From contig JANJGN010000013.1 in assembly GCA_026770705.1 (NCBI GenBank), positions 57,536,001-57,600,000 on the forward strand: a DNA stretch of 64,000 nucleotides, in the 5' to 3' direction. Below are positions 1 through 11,990 of this stretch, in pieces (position 1 is the first letter of the stretch; every line of letters begins with the position of its first letter). The DNA is from Isurus oxyrinchus. Its lineage: Eukaryota. The translations under genes were made by a program, and so were the position numbers. The notes below the pieces were generated by a model, which worked only from the letters and a program-made list of their open reading frames with translations, searched no databases and was not told where the DNA came from.

Positions 1-2345
1 ATGAGGACTCAAAGCGTCAACTCTTTTCTTCTCTGCCGATGCTGCCAGACCTGCTGAGTTTTTCCAGAACAAAAGAACACATAGGTGTCGAAGTTGGTGA
101 TATATATCTAAACGAATGTGCTAATTAAGAATGGATGGTTGGGGAATTAAGGTATAGCTCTAGTGGGGGTGAGGGGAGCATAAAAGATTTAAAAATATTT
201 TAAAATAATGGAAATAGGTGGGAAAAGAAAAATCTATGAAATTTATTGGAAAAAACAAAAGGAAGGGGGAAGAAACAGAAAGAGGGTGGGGATGGAGGAG
301 GGAGCTCACGACCTAAAGTTGTTGAATTCAATATTCAGTCCAGAAGGCTGTAAGGTGCCTAGTCGGAAGATGAGGTGTTGTTCCTCCAGTTTGCGTTGGA
401 CTTCACTGGAACAATGCAGCAAGCTAAGGACAGACATGTGGGCAAGAGAGCAGGGTGGAGTGTTAAAATGGCAAGCGACAGGGAGATGTGGATCATTCTT
501 GCGGACAGACCGCAGGTGTTCTGCAAAGCGGTCGCCCAGGTTACGTTTGGTCTCTCCAATGTAGAGGAGACCGCATTGGGAGCAACAAATACAGTAGACT
601 AAGTTGGGGGAAATGCAAGTGAAATGCTGCTTCACTTGAAAGGAGTGTTTGGGCCCTTGGACAGTGAGGAGAGAGGAAGTGAAGGGGCAGGTGTTACATC
701 TTTTGCGTGGGCATGGGGTGGTGCCATAGGTGGGGGTTGAGGAGTAGAGGGTGATGGAGGACTGGACCAGGGTGTCCCGGAGGGAGCGATCCCTATGGAA
801 TGCCGACAGTGAGGGTGAATTTATTTATTAATTTTGCTTCCAATCTCCACCCCTCCATCATTTTCACGTGGTCCATCTCTGACACTTCCCTTCCCTTCCT
901 TGACCTTTCTGACTCAATCTCTGGTGATAGACTGTCCACCAATATCCATTACAAGCCTACTGACTCCCACAGCTACCTTGTCTACAGCTCCTCACACCCC
1001 GCTTCCTGTAAGGACTCCATCCCATTCTCTCAGTTCCTCCGCCCCCGTCGCATCTGTTCCGATGATGCTATCTTCAAAAACAGTTCCTCTGACATATCCT
1101 CCTTCTTCCTTAACCGAGGTTTTCCACCCACGGTCGTTGACAGGGTCCTCAACCGTGTCCGGCCCATCTCCTGCGCATCCGCCCTCACGCCTTCTCCTCC
1201 CTCCCAGAAACATGATAGGGTCCCCCTTGTCCTCACTTATCACCCCACCAGCCTCCGCATTCAAAGGATCATCCTCCACCATTTCCACCAACTCCAGCAT
1301 GATGCCACCACCAAACACATTTTCTCTTGACCCCCCGTCGGCATTCCATAGGGATCATTCCCTCCGGGACACCCTGGTCCACTCCTCCATCACCCCCTAC
1401 TCCTCAATCCCCACCTATGACACAACCCCATGCCCACACAAAAGATGCAATACCTGCCCCTTCACTTCCTCTCTCCTCACCATCCAAGGGCCCAAACACT
1501 CCTTTCAAGTGAAGCAGCATTTCACTTGCATTTCCCCCAACTTAGTCTACTGTATTCGTTGCTCCCAATATGGTCTCCTCTACATTGGTGAGACCAAACG
1601 TAACCTGGGTGACCGCTTTGCAGAACATCTGCGGTCTGTCCGCAAGAATGACCCAAATCTCCCTATCGCTTGCCATTTTAACACTCCACCCTGCTCTCTT
1701 GCCCACATGTCTGTCCTTAGCTTGCTGCATTGTTCCAGTGAAGTCCAACGCAAACTGGAGGAACAACACCTCATCTTCCGACTAGGCACTTTACAGCCTT
1801 CCGGACTGAATATTGAATTCAACAACTTTAGGTCCTCCATCCCCACCGCCTTTCTCTTTCTTCCCCCTTCCTTTTGTTTTTTCCAATAAATTATATAGAT
1901 TTTTCTTTTCCCACCTATTTCCATTATTTTAAAATATTTTTAAATCTTTTATGCTCCCCTCACCCCCACTAGAGCTATACCTTAATTCCCCAACCATCCA
2001 TTCTTAATTAGCACATTCGTTTAGATATATATCATCAACTTCAACATCTATGTGTTCTTTTGTTCTGTTGTCTATGACATCTTTTGATGATTTGCTTCTA
2101 TTACTGCTTGCTTGTCCCTACAACCACACCCCCCCCCACTTCTCCCCCACCCCCCACAACACACACACACCTTAAACCAGCTTATATTTCACCCCTTCCT
2201 TGGATTCACCTAGTTCTGTTGAAGGGTCATGAGGACTCAAAACGTCAACTCTTTTCTTCTCCGCTGATGCTGCCAGACCTGCTGAGTTTTTCCAAGTAAT
2301 TCTGTTGTTGCTTTGGATTTCCAGCATCCGCAGTTTTTTGTTTTT
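1..2345. mobile_element. Penelope-like element (Neptune-type) 3' fragment with inverted segments: 1-67 (+), ~68-819 (-), ~820-2345 (+)
   Basis: ORF 834-1889 and inverted ORF 306-635 encode a GIY-YIG endonuclease (NLVYCIRCSQYGLLYIGETKRNLGDRFAEHL) preceded by a Cys-rich linker (CPHKRCNTC). ORF 800-1330 encodes the PLE RT C-terminus (LPFLDL, YKPTDSHSYL). The pseudo-LTR tail ends ~2345. Frameshifted. Confidence 0.93.
2212..2250 (+). ncRNA. Degenerate minimal type-I hammerhead ribozyme motif in Penelope pLTR
   Basis: AGTT-CTGTTGA-AGGGTC-ATGA-GGACTC-AAAA-C-GTC-AACT: helix I AGTT/AACT, helix II GGGTC/GACTC. The GAAA core is mutated to AAAA in this copy. Confidence 0.55.
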
Positions 2346-2349
2346 ATTC

Positions 2350-3310
2350 ACTTTAGCTAGTCTCTTTCCTTTTATATACTTGTAGAAGCTTTTGCTATCA
2401 GTTCATATATTTTGCGCTACTTTTCTTTGATAATTTATCTTTGCCCTTTTTATTATTTTCTTTAGTAATCCTTTCTTGATTTTTAAAAATTTCCCAATCT
2501 TCCAGTCTACCTTTGCAATTTGGTATGCCTTAGTTTTTGCCTTTATGTTATCTTTAACTTCCTTGCTTAGCCATAGATTCTTTTTCCCCCCTCTTTCTTC
2601 CTCTTTGGAATATATTTTACTTGGGAGGAATTGAATATCTCCTCAAACATCTGCCACTGTTCATCAACTTTCCTACCTTGTAGTCTTCCTGCCCAGTCCA
2701 CTAGGGCCAAATCTGCCCTCATGCCTATGCAGTTACCTTTAACTCCAGAACACTAGTGTGGGACTAAAGTTTCTCGCTCTCAAACTGAACTTGAAATTCT
2801 AGCATGCTATGATCACTCTTGCCTAGAGGATACTTTACTATGAAATCATTAATTAATCCCATCTCATTACACAAAATGAAATCCAGAATAGTCTGGTCCC
2901 TGGTTGGTTCACAACATATTGCTCCAAGAAACAATCTCTAATACACTCGGTGAACTCTCCCTTGAGGCTATCCTTGCCAATTTGATTAATTCAGTTTATA
3001 TGCATATTTAAATTACCCAGGATTATTGCTGTGCCTTTCTTACATGCTTCCAGTATTTCCTGGTTTATACCATGCCCTACTGTTGAACTACTGTTTGGGG
3101 ACCTATAGATTACTCCCACCAGGGACTTCTTTCCCTTGGTATTTCTTATTTCTACCCAGGCTGGCTCTATGCCTTGCTCTCTAGTGCCTATATCATTCCT
3201 CACTATAACACTGATCTCTTCCTTTATTAACAAAGCTACACCACTGCCTTTTCCTTCCTGCCTATCCTTCCAAAATGTGAAGTACCCTTGGATATTCAAC
3301 TCCCAAACCT
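2350..3310 (-). mobile_element. CR1 LINE fragment (APE endonuclease region of ORF2)
   Basis: ORF 2991-3299: WKDRQEGKGSGVALLIKE...LVGVIYRSPNS...IILGNLN. Confidence 0.88.
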
Positions 3311-3379
3311 GTTCTCAAATTTCAAGTACAATTCTACTGCTGCTAATGGTCCACAGAACCTCATGGAAGCCCAGTTTTG

Positions 3380-4030
3380 AGTTGTTAGATTGGTTCAAAA
3401 TCTGTCCCACTTTGGACGGTTGTAGTGCCACAACACAATGGAGGGTATCCTCAATGTGAAAGCAGGACTTTGTTTCCATAAGGACTTTGAGGTGATCATT
3501 GCTACCGATACCATCATGGACAGATGCAGCTGAGACAAGCAGGTTGATGAGAATGAGATAAAGTTTTTCCCTCTTGTTGGTTCCCTCACCACCTGCTACA
3601 GACCCAATCTAGCAGCTACGTCATTTAGGATTCAGTTGGCTTGGTTTGTTGTGGTGCAACTGAGCCAGTCTTGGTGATGGACATTGAAGTCCCCCACCCA
3701 GGGTACATTCTGTGCCATTCCATCCTCAGTGCTTTTTCAAGTGGTATTCAGCATGAAGGAGTACTGATTCATCAGCTGAAGTTTGTGGATGGATGTAGGT
3801 GGTATCAATGGAGATTTCCTTGCCCATGTTTGACCTGATACCATGAGACTTCATGGTGTCTGGACTCAATGTTGAGGACTCCAAGGGCAACTCCTTCCCG
3901 ACTGTATACCCCTGTGCCCCGACCTCTGGAGGGTCTGTACTGCCGGTGGGACAGGACATATCCAGGGATGGCCATGGTGGTGTCTGGACATTGTCTGTAC
4001 ATTACGATTTCGTGAAGATTACTATGTCAA
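3380..4030 (-). mobile_element. CR1-clade LINE fragment, endonuclease region; same family as 49815-53070
   Basis: MVREPTRGKN, IPGYVLSHRQ, HEVSWYQVKHGQGNL fragments; homologous to 50200-50830. Confidence 0.85.
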
Positions 4031-5289
4031 GCTGTTGCAAATGCTTACTCTTGCAATTTTCCACTTCCTTGTTTCCACCTATTCAATATTCTCCTGAGTT
4101 CAGGGTCACCATGGATTCACTTTAGCAGGCTCCACATTTACCTTTACTGCCCCACATCTAGTTACACTAGCCGTCCATAGGATGGTAACAATGAAGCCCC
4201 GATATATGTGTCCTAGATACTGATATCTCACACATATTTCTATGAGTGTTTATTGTATTTTACAGAAAGAGGAGGTCAAGCGTAAAGCAGCAGGTTGGTT
4301 TTACATATAATTATGAATGAAGAGAGCAGAATTATGGTGAAATTAAGTGCAATCCTAAGCATGGTGCCTGTGCCTGATTCCTTGACCAATCCTCATCCCC
4401 TGTATTCTGCAGTGAGACCTGCTGACATCGTATATATGACACTACATTGTGTAGACCCAAACTATCAAATGTTCATTAAAAGTTTTATCCTGAAGCATTA
4501 CTTGGTGCTGCCCACGATGTTCATCAAAGGTTGTACCACTGATTCACTTGTTATCCAAGAACTGAAGAATTGATGCCTGATGAACAGCTTATGCATCCCA
4601 CAACTGGGTGTATGATCTGACCTTCTAGCAGATAGGACAGATAAGACTATCTAATCCTGAAGGATGTGTGGTGCTGAAGTGGTAATGTTGGGTTAACTTG
4701 TGATGCTGACAAAATTGTGCCCCCCAACGCTCCCCTCATAATGTTGAACCTTTTGAACTTTAAGCTGTGAAGTGAGATATAAGCTTTCTCATCCGCTTTC
4801 CTCAAACATTCATGGTTGGCCATGGGCCTCTTTCCAGTGCTGTCCTTTATTGTTCATTGTGCCTTGGGCACTCCAGATTCTAACATTACTTACCAGCAAC
4901 AACTTCACTGCCTGCTGCTGCATTGCCCCATTACTCTGTTCGAGAGGGGAGAGCCCTGACTCTTGTGCCTCTTGATTAGTGAGCTATGCAGCAGACAATA
5001 GTGAACCAAGCAGGCCGGTCCTTTACTGTATTATTCACTGAGATGGATGCTTGTACAATTCTGGATCTATATCAGCACCAGTCAATGCCTTCAATGGCAT
5101 AGAGTAATTGATTCCACAGTCTCATATCTGCATAATTTAAACATTGTAGCAGTATTCTAGCCCATTGTGACCTTTTAACGTACTTAAATATGAGTAACTT
5201 AATCCCTCACAGAATGATTAGGCTGTAATAGTGAGTGTGTCCTCTTGTGAAGGAACAAGTGGCATTCTGAAACTCCATTCTGTGCATTC

Positions 5290-5556
5290 CTGCTCCATTC
5301 ACTCCTCAGTTGGTGATTGTACCTCCAGCCAATTAGGATTCACACTCTGAAACTCTCCTTAAAACCCAGCACCTCTCTCCTCTCCTTTAACAATTCTTGC
5401 AACTTACCTTTTTCACCATACTTATGATCACCCCTCCGAATACCTCCTTCATTAGCTCAACATCCATACTTGTCTACATGTTTCTCCTTGGCACCATCAT
5501 CTGTAAACACAATATTAGATTCTACATGTACATCGACAATAACCAGCCTTACCTCA
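5290..5556 (+). mobile_element. L2-like LINE fragments; the 3'-most piece is the target of the LTR element and continues at 22127
   Basis: ...aaccagccttacCTCA resumes after the LTR element as CTCAacatcacctctctcgatc... Confidence 0.6.
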
Positions 5557-7109
5557 TGTAGTAAAAATCAAGTTTAATAAATAGTTGTAGTCCAGTTATG
5601 TGTAATAATCAAGCAATCTAATTATATTAATGAATTAACCTAATATTATATTCTACTTAATTGTCAGACACTATGTCTATGTGACTACATCTTTGTCTGT
5701 GAAGATGTAGCTGTATTCCTATCGAACAGGTGAGACATGCCTATGCCTATGTGCAAAACTATGGTTTGTAGTTGAATTACAGAGCTATTGCAATGAAGAC
5801 AGTCAAGGTTGAATGCTCTGGTGCCTGGAGCTGGATCCGCACAAAAACTCCCTGGTCATTAAAACTTATCAGATATACTTGATACATAGAACTCAAAAAA
5901 GGAGCTTACAGTTTCCCTTTCTGTCAGCCTTCAGCCTTGCGTTCTGTGTTTTTAAATTGGCTTAGTTCTCTTAATATGGCATTAAGTTGTTAACTCCACA
6001 GTAATGCCTTAAAACGAAGCAGCTGCTTTCTTTCAAAGAGAATTTATATAACAGCCATTGTATCACTTTGGCTCTGTAAGCTTAAGCTCTGTATTAGTTT
6101 TGTAGCTTTGTAGTCTTTTTCCATTTGCTCTTGTTACTTATGGGCATGTATTAATTGAGTGTATCCTGCTGTATTTTGAGTATTATCTTGCTACCTCACC
6201 TTTATACATTAATTGCCTTTATACGTTGGGTTCATGCATGCTATGCATAGAATTTATCTAGAAAGTAATTTTGTAATTTCTGTATTAATCTTAACACTGT
6301 GTGATGTGCCTTTTGTTATATTATTCACTAATAATTCAACCATACCACTAAGCTGGCAGGTTCCTTCGAATTCCACACAAGTGATGCAGTCCCTTCAACC
6401 ATAATACTAAGAAGTCCTCATTTTAATGAGAATTCCCTAAGGCATGTAATTTTGACACCTATACATCAATCAAGTATTGAGGATGATGAGCTTCAAAGTG
6501 ATGAATGACACCGTACATCAGATGGTTTATGTTAGGTATGTGGACAAGGAGAGTTTATAATGATGGATACAGCATATTATAAGGTACCACATTGTCTCTG
6601 TAGAAATCATTACATTTAATGAAAGAATAAAGGAATGATGTAATGAAGGGTACAATTTCACAGGTGACTGGCACCTTAAGAAACACTGCCTGAACCAATC
6701 AGAGTCTAGTAATATCACTGAAATGAGTATGGGCAGCAACCCATTTAACAGGGTTAAAAAGACAGTAGCTGCCAACAACAATTCACACGGAGTGTGAAAC
6801 TGAAGGTGAGGCAAGAGGCTGCATGCCCAGCTGTGAACAGCAAAACTAGAGTTTGCTGAATGCAAAGTGACAGAGAGAGGAGACCCATGGTGGACATGTG
6901 CCGAGGACTAAATCAGGAGTCAAAGCCCTTGTTGAACCAGTGAAGTTAATGTCTAACCTTTGATAAGTATTACTTCATTACTTAATAAATGTTTCCTGAT
7001 ATTACAACACCACTTATTGCCTGCTGGTTACAGACTCAAACAAATAAATTAATATAAAGTGGGTAAGGACTCACAAAGTTAGGGTTATAACATCCAGAGA
7101 ACTCTGACA
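5557..7109 (+). repeat. 5' LTR (~1.55 kb)
   Basis: 5557-6240 aligns by eye to 15432-16143. 6960-7109 aligns to 21975-22126 (…ataacatccagagaactctgaca vs …ataacagccagggaactctgaca). Followed by the PBS. Confidence 0.85.
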
Positions 7110-7112
7110 ACT

Positions 7113-7130
7113 TTTTGACCCCGACCTGAT
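7113..7130 (+). promoter_or_regulatory. Primer-binding site, tRNA-Trp-like
   Basis: TTTTGACCCCGACCTGAT matches the complement of the vertebrate tRNA-Trp 3' end (TGGTGACCCCGACGTGAT) at 15/18, and lies 3 nt after the LTR CA. Confidence 0.7.
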
Positions 7131-7189
7131 TCTTTGAGATTGAAATAGTAATATCCTGTGCCCGTAAAGAAGGACCTTGGTGGTTCTGT

Positions 7190-7472
7190 CTGGCCACCAC
7201 TCACATCAGGAAGGGCAGCAGATACACCACCACATGGAATTCCCCTCCAAGCCACTTACCACCCTGATTTGGAAATATATTGCTGTTCTTTCACTGTGGC
7301 TGGGTCAAAATCCTGGAACCCCCTCCCTAACAGCACTGTGGGTGTACCTACACTACAGGAACTGCAGTGGTTCAAGAAGGTAGCTCATCACTACCTTGTC
7401 AAGGGCAATTATAGATGGGCAATGAATCCTGGTCTAGCTAGCGATGCCCACATCCTGTAAATTAATAATAAA
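7190..7472 (+). mobile_element. 3' end of CR1-clade LINE inserted in the ERV leader
   Basis: Same 3' UTR/tail as 52640-53070 (…gcgatgcccacatcc…). Confidence 0.8.
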
Positions 7473-7738
7473 ATGAAATGTTAAGGGTCCTAGGGATCAT
7501 GGTGAGTCTGTAAGCGACTCAGGCACTTTTAAAGATGACATCTAAAACTACATTTTCTCCGTACTAAGAAAGGTTGGACAAAGAGTCCAGTAATTATGTC
7601 CAGAAAGCACTCACTGAGTGACTGGACAAGGGGGTCAGAGTCCCTTTTGAAGAGATAGCCTGTTCAGCCAAGGGGTTGGTGGAAAATAAAGTAAAGGCTA
7701 TAAAGGAAAAAGACATTTTGATTAATGGAGTATATTTC

Positions 7739-8005
7739 TGTTATTATATGCCTTTAAGGGGTATCAGCATGACATCACCAGAAATGAAATGTGTCATGTG
7801 ATCCAGTCTTGGTTTCACTTTTGCTTTGAGAACAGCTATACACACAGCTCTGATGTCTTCAACGTTTATACCTATGTATAACTGTTCTCATTTGCCTAGT
7901 CTTAATAAGTGAACCCACAACGTGTCTCCCAAACCCTCTTGAGCGTTTGGTGCCTTGTGTCTTGTACAGTAAATAAGCCTACGGCTTTATATCCTTATAA
8001 TAACA
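7739..8005. mobile_element. Solo LTR (267 bp) inserted in gag
   Basis: Perfect 10-bp inverted termini TGTTATTATA/TATAATAACA and 5-bp TSD ATTTC (7734-7738, 8006-8010). Confidence 0.85.
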
Positions 8006-8687
8006 ATTTCGGTACTCAAAGATGATGAGGCTTTTAAACAGAAACAGGCGGAAGTTAAGAGCTTAAGGAAACAATTGCAGCAGAAAACTCAGGAGATAAA
8101 TAGATTAAAGCGGCAGATCTGTTCTGTGGAATGAAGAACTGAAGAATTAGCTACCACATGACAACAGCAGAGCATATCCAGTTTGCATGCAAGAGCTGCT
8201 GTTGTCTAAGTCCAGTAGCTCAGAAAGGAACTCGCCTCATGTCAGAAAAATAAGCAGAGGCTCGCACAGGAGTTCTGTAGAGCCAGAGAGGCTTTAAGGG
8301 AAGTGGCTAACCAGCCTCACGGAGAAGAGGGTCACTTAAGTGTACACTTAAGATACCGGCATGAAAAGGGAAATTAGGAAAACAGCAGGTACTGGTATCA
8401 ACTATTACAGTCGGGTGGTTAAAGGAGTGGATGTGAAGGAATTGGGAGACGGTGTACATTGGGATCGTTTGAATGAGAAGCGACCCCGTAAGGTTACAGG
8501 AATGGCTGGTTGACGGACTATGACTCTAGGTAGAATAGTCTCAACCCTCCGGATGGTTTCTGCACAGATAACATCTGACCTGCAGGGCAATGTCCAAACC
8601 ACAGAACTCCAGGTGCGCTCCCTCCCGCCAGTCAGTCGGAAGCTAGTGCTCATTCCACAGGGAGGCGATCCGACAGAATTTAATAGG

Positions 8688-8935
8688 AAAAAAAAACAGA
8701 ATTACCTGGAAAAACTCAGCAGGTCTGGCAGCATCGGCGGAGAAGAAAAGAGTTGACGTTTCGAGTCCTCATGACCCTTCGACAGAACTTTCTGTCGAAG
8801 GGTCATGAGGACTCGAAACGTCAACTCTTTTCTTCTCCGCCGATGCTGCCAGACCTGCTGAGTTTTTCCAGGTAATTCTGTTTTTTTTTTGGATTTCCAG
8901 CATCCGCAGTTTTTTTTTGTTTTTATTTTTATATT
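8688..8935. mobile_element. Penelope pLTR-only hairpin insertion with 100-bp perfect inverted arms
   Basis: Arms 8688-8787 and 8790-8889 with a 2-nt loop; TSD AGAATTTAATAGG(A) at 8675-8688 and 8936-8949. Confidence 0.92.
8751..8789 (-). ncRNA. Minimal type-I hammerhead ribozyme motif (mirror copy on + at ~8789-8827)
   Basis: AGTT-CTGTCGA-AGGGTC-ATGA-GGACTC-GAAA-C-GTC-AACT: GUC triplet and 1-bp helix III typical of PLE minimal hammerheads; core A6 is T. Confidence 0.65.
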
Positions 8936-9762
8936 AGAATTTAATAGGAGGTGCGCTAATTTTCCGAGGGCTGGTCTGAAATGGGATGATCTGGATCTGA
9001 AGCCTGTGTCCCTACCATCGTGCTCAAATTCCTTAAAGGTGGACTCCCAATTGACTCAAAAATGTTGATCTTTCTGGGCATATCGTTAATTCAATTGGGA
9101 CCCGGAAATTGAATCTGGCGCCAGTGGTGAGTCAAACTAAACAGCAGGCAGCTGAGACCCCAGGCTCTTTGCGAGCCGCCTATATGACCTCTACCAGCGT
9201 TCACAGATCCAACCACTACTCCCCCCCCCACCCCACCCCCGCCCCCCATCACCCCACCCCGGCTATCTCCAAGCTAGGGAAAGATCAGAAACAGTTTAAC
9301 ACCACGTTTCTGGACCAACCCCAACCTTCAGTTAAGTCAGCTTTGGGTATACCAACTGGTGTCACAGGGCAGCAGATGGAGTCCACTAAGTCCAAGAGGC
9401 ATGGGGAATAGGAAACATATTCAGCCACAAGCACTTAAAAACAGCCCATCCCAAAGAAAACAGTAGCGTTAGTACAGGGGCAAAATTGAAATTTCCCAAG
9501 GGGACAGACTGGCCCTTGTTATAACTGTGGGAAACCTGGATGCCCAGCTAGGGATTGTAGGAACCTGATGCTCTGGTCAGGAATCCCACCCCTGCAAGAC
9601 TTACACCCATTCCTGAGCTTAAACCTTCTGGAATAGAACAGGAGGTTGCCCAGTTATTCACCCTGCTGAAAACTCAAACTGTCACTGGCAGACAGGCAGT
9701 GTCTGTTGTAGCTGGAGCCATCACCCCCTCCACTGGAAGGACCCCCAGAAGGGTCCCAATGA

Positions 9763-10069
9763 AGGGGTTTGGCCCCATTGTTCTGGACGGAAGTAGGAAT
9801 CCGTCATGACGGTGATGGGAGGCCAGTAATTCCTGCTGTTTTACCAGGGGCCCAGCAGCAGACTATGCTGGTAGATACAGATGTCTCCTTTACCATAATT
9901 CATACCTCACACCCTTGCAGCAGCTGGCAAGGATTGTTTATCATTTAAGGGATTTAATGGAGCTTCTGCTGTCACTTTTGTAGGAAAGGCTTCTGACCAC
10001 TGATTGGGAGGCCTTGCCTACAGGGTGTGGTCAGCTGTGTATATGGTTATGTCTGGAGAAGTGGAAATT
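9763..10069 (+). pseudogene. ERV aspartic protease remnant
   Basis: HDGDGRPVIPAVLPGAQQQTMLVDTDVSFTIIH (decayed LVDTGA motif, D at 9874), then a GFNG flap-like segment. Confidence 0.75.
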
Positions 10070-11990
10070 GTTTTTTATTCATTCACGGGATGTGGGTTTC
10101 GCTGGCTGGGCCAGCATTTATTGCCCACCCTTGTTGCTCTTGAGAAGGTGGTGGTGAGCTGCCTTCTTGAACCGCTGCAGTCCATGTGGTGTAGGTACAC
10201 CTAAAGTGCTGTTAGGAAGGGGGTTCCAGGATTTTAACCCAGCGACAGTGTAGGAACGACGATATATTTCCAAGTCAGGATAGTGAGTGACTTGGAGGGG
10301 AACTTACATGTGGTGGTGTTCCCATCTATCTGCTGCCCTTGTCCTTCTAGGTGGTAGTGGTCATGGGTTTGGAAGATGCTGTCTAAGGAGCATTGGTGAA
10401 TTCCTGCAGTACATCTTGGAGATGGTACAGATTGCTGCTGCTGTGTGTCGGTGGTGGAGGGAGTGAATGTTTGTGGATGTGGTGCTAATCAAGTAGACTG
10501 CTTTGTCCTGGACAGTGTCCAGCTTCTTCAGTGCTGTTGGAGTTGCATTCATCTAGGCAAGTGGGGAGTATTCCATCATGCACCTAACTTGTGCTTTGTA
10601 TTTGTTGGACAGGTTTTGGGGAGTCAGGAGATGAGTTATTTGTCACACAATTCCTAACTTCTGACCTGCTTTTGTCGCCACAGTATTTACAAGGTTAGTC
10701 CAGTTCAGATTCTGGTCAATGGTAACTCCCAGGGTGTTGATAGTAGGGGATTCAGTGATGGTAATGCCATTGAACATCAAGTGGCGATGGTTGAATTCTC
10801 TTTTGTTGGAGATGGTCATTGTTTGACACTTGTGTGGCGTGAATGTTACTTGCCACTTGTCAGCCCAAGCCTGGATATTGTCCAGGTCTTGCTGCATTTG
10901 AACATGGACTGCTTCAGTATCTGAAGAATCACAAATGGTGCTGAACTTTGTGCAATCATCAGTGAACATCCCCATATCTGACCATATGATGGAAGGAAGG
11001 TCATTGATGAAGCATCTGAAGATGTTTGGGCCTAGAACACTACCCTGAGGAACTCCTGCAGTGATGTCCTGGAGCTGAGATGACTGACCTCCAACAATCA
11101 CAACCATCTTCCTTTGCGCTAGGTATGACTCCAACCAGTGGAGAGTTTTCCTCCTGATTCTGATTGACTCCAGATTTGCTGTGGTTCCTTGGTGCCACAC
11201 TCGGTCAAACGCTGCTTTGATATCAAGGGCAATCACTCTCACCTCGCCTTGGTAGTTCAGCTCTTTTGTCCATGTTTGAACCAAGGCTGTAATGAGGTCA
11301 GGAGCTGAGTGGCTCTGGCAGAACCCAAACTGGGTGTCAGTGATCAGGTTATTGCTAAGCAAGTGCCACTTGATAGCACTGTTGATGACCCCTTCCATTA
11401 CTTTATTGATCGTCAAGAATAGAATGATAGGGCGGTAATTGGCTGGGTTAGATTTGTCCTGCTTTTTGTGTAGAGGACAAATCTGGGCAACTTTCCACAT
11501 AGCTGGTAGATGCCAGTGTTGTAGTTGTACTGAAACAGTTTGGCTAGAGGCGCGACAAGTTCTGGAGCACATGTCTTCAGTACTTTTGCCGGAATATTGT
11601 CAGGGCCCTTAGGCTTTGCAGTATCCAATGCTTTCAGCCGTTTCATGATATCACATGGAGTGAATTGAATTGGCTGAAGACTGGTATCTGTGATGCTGGG
11701 GACCTCCGGAGAAGGCTGAGATGGATCAACCACTCAGCACTTCTAGCTGAAGATTGTTGCGAATGCAGGTAAGGACAGCATATTTCCTTCCCTAAAGGGC
11801 ATTAACCAACCCGATAGGTTCTTACAACAATCAACAATGGTTTCATGGTCATCATTAGACTTTTAAATCCAAATTTTTATTGGATTCTAATTTTGCCATC
11901 TGCTGTGGTGTAATTTGAATGCTGGGTCCCCAGAGCATTACCCCGGGTGTCTGGATTACCAGCCCAGTGACAATAACACTATGCCACTGC
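10070..11990 (-). mobile_element. CR1-clade LINE (RT region + 3' tail) with a tRNA-SINE head joined at its 5' side (11767-11990)
   Basis: ORF 10643-11572 RT motifs ([26 protein letters not shown]). 11767-11990 is the SINE head in the same orientation. Confidence 0.9.

Larger units (their letters stand above)
7535..9762 (+). pseudogene. ERV gag remnant (coiled-coil N-terminal half, zinc knuckle)
   Basis: 9517-9558 translates CYNCGKPGCPARDC (CCHC knuckle with H>C). K/E/Q-rich coiled-coil-like segment at 8011-8400. TGA at 9760-9762. Interrupted by a solo LTR and a Penelope hairpin. Confidence 0.75.
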
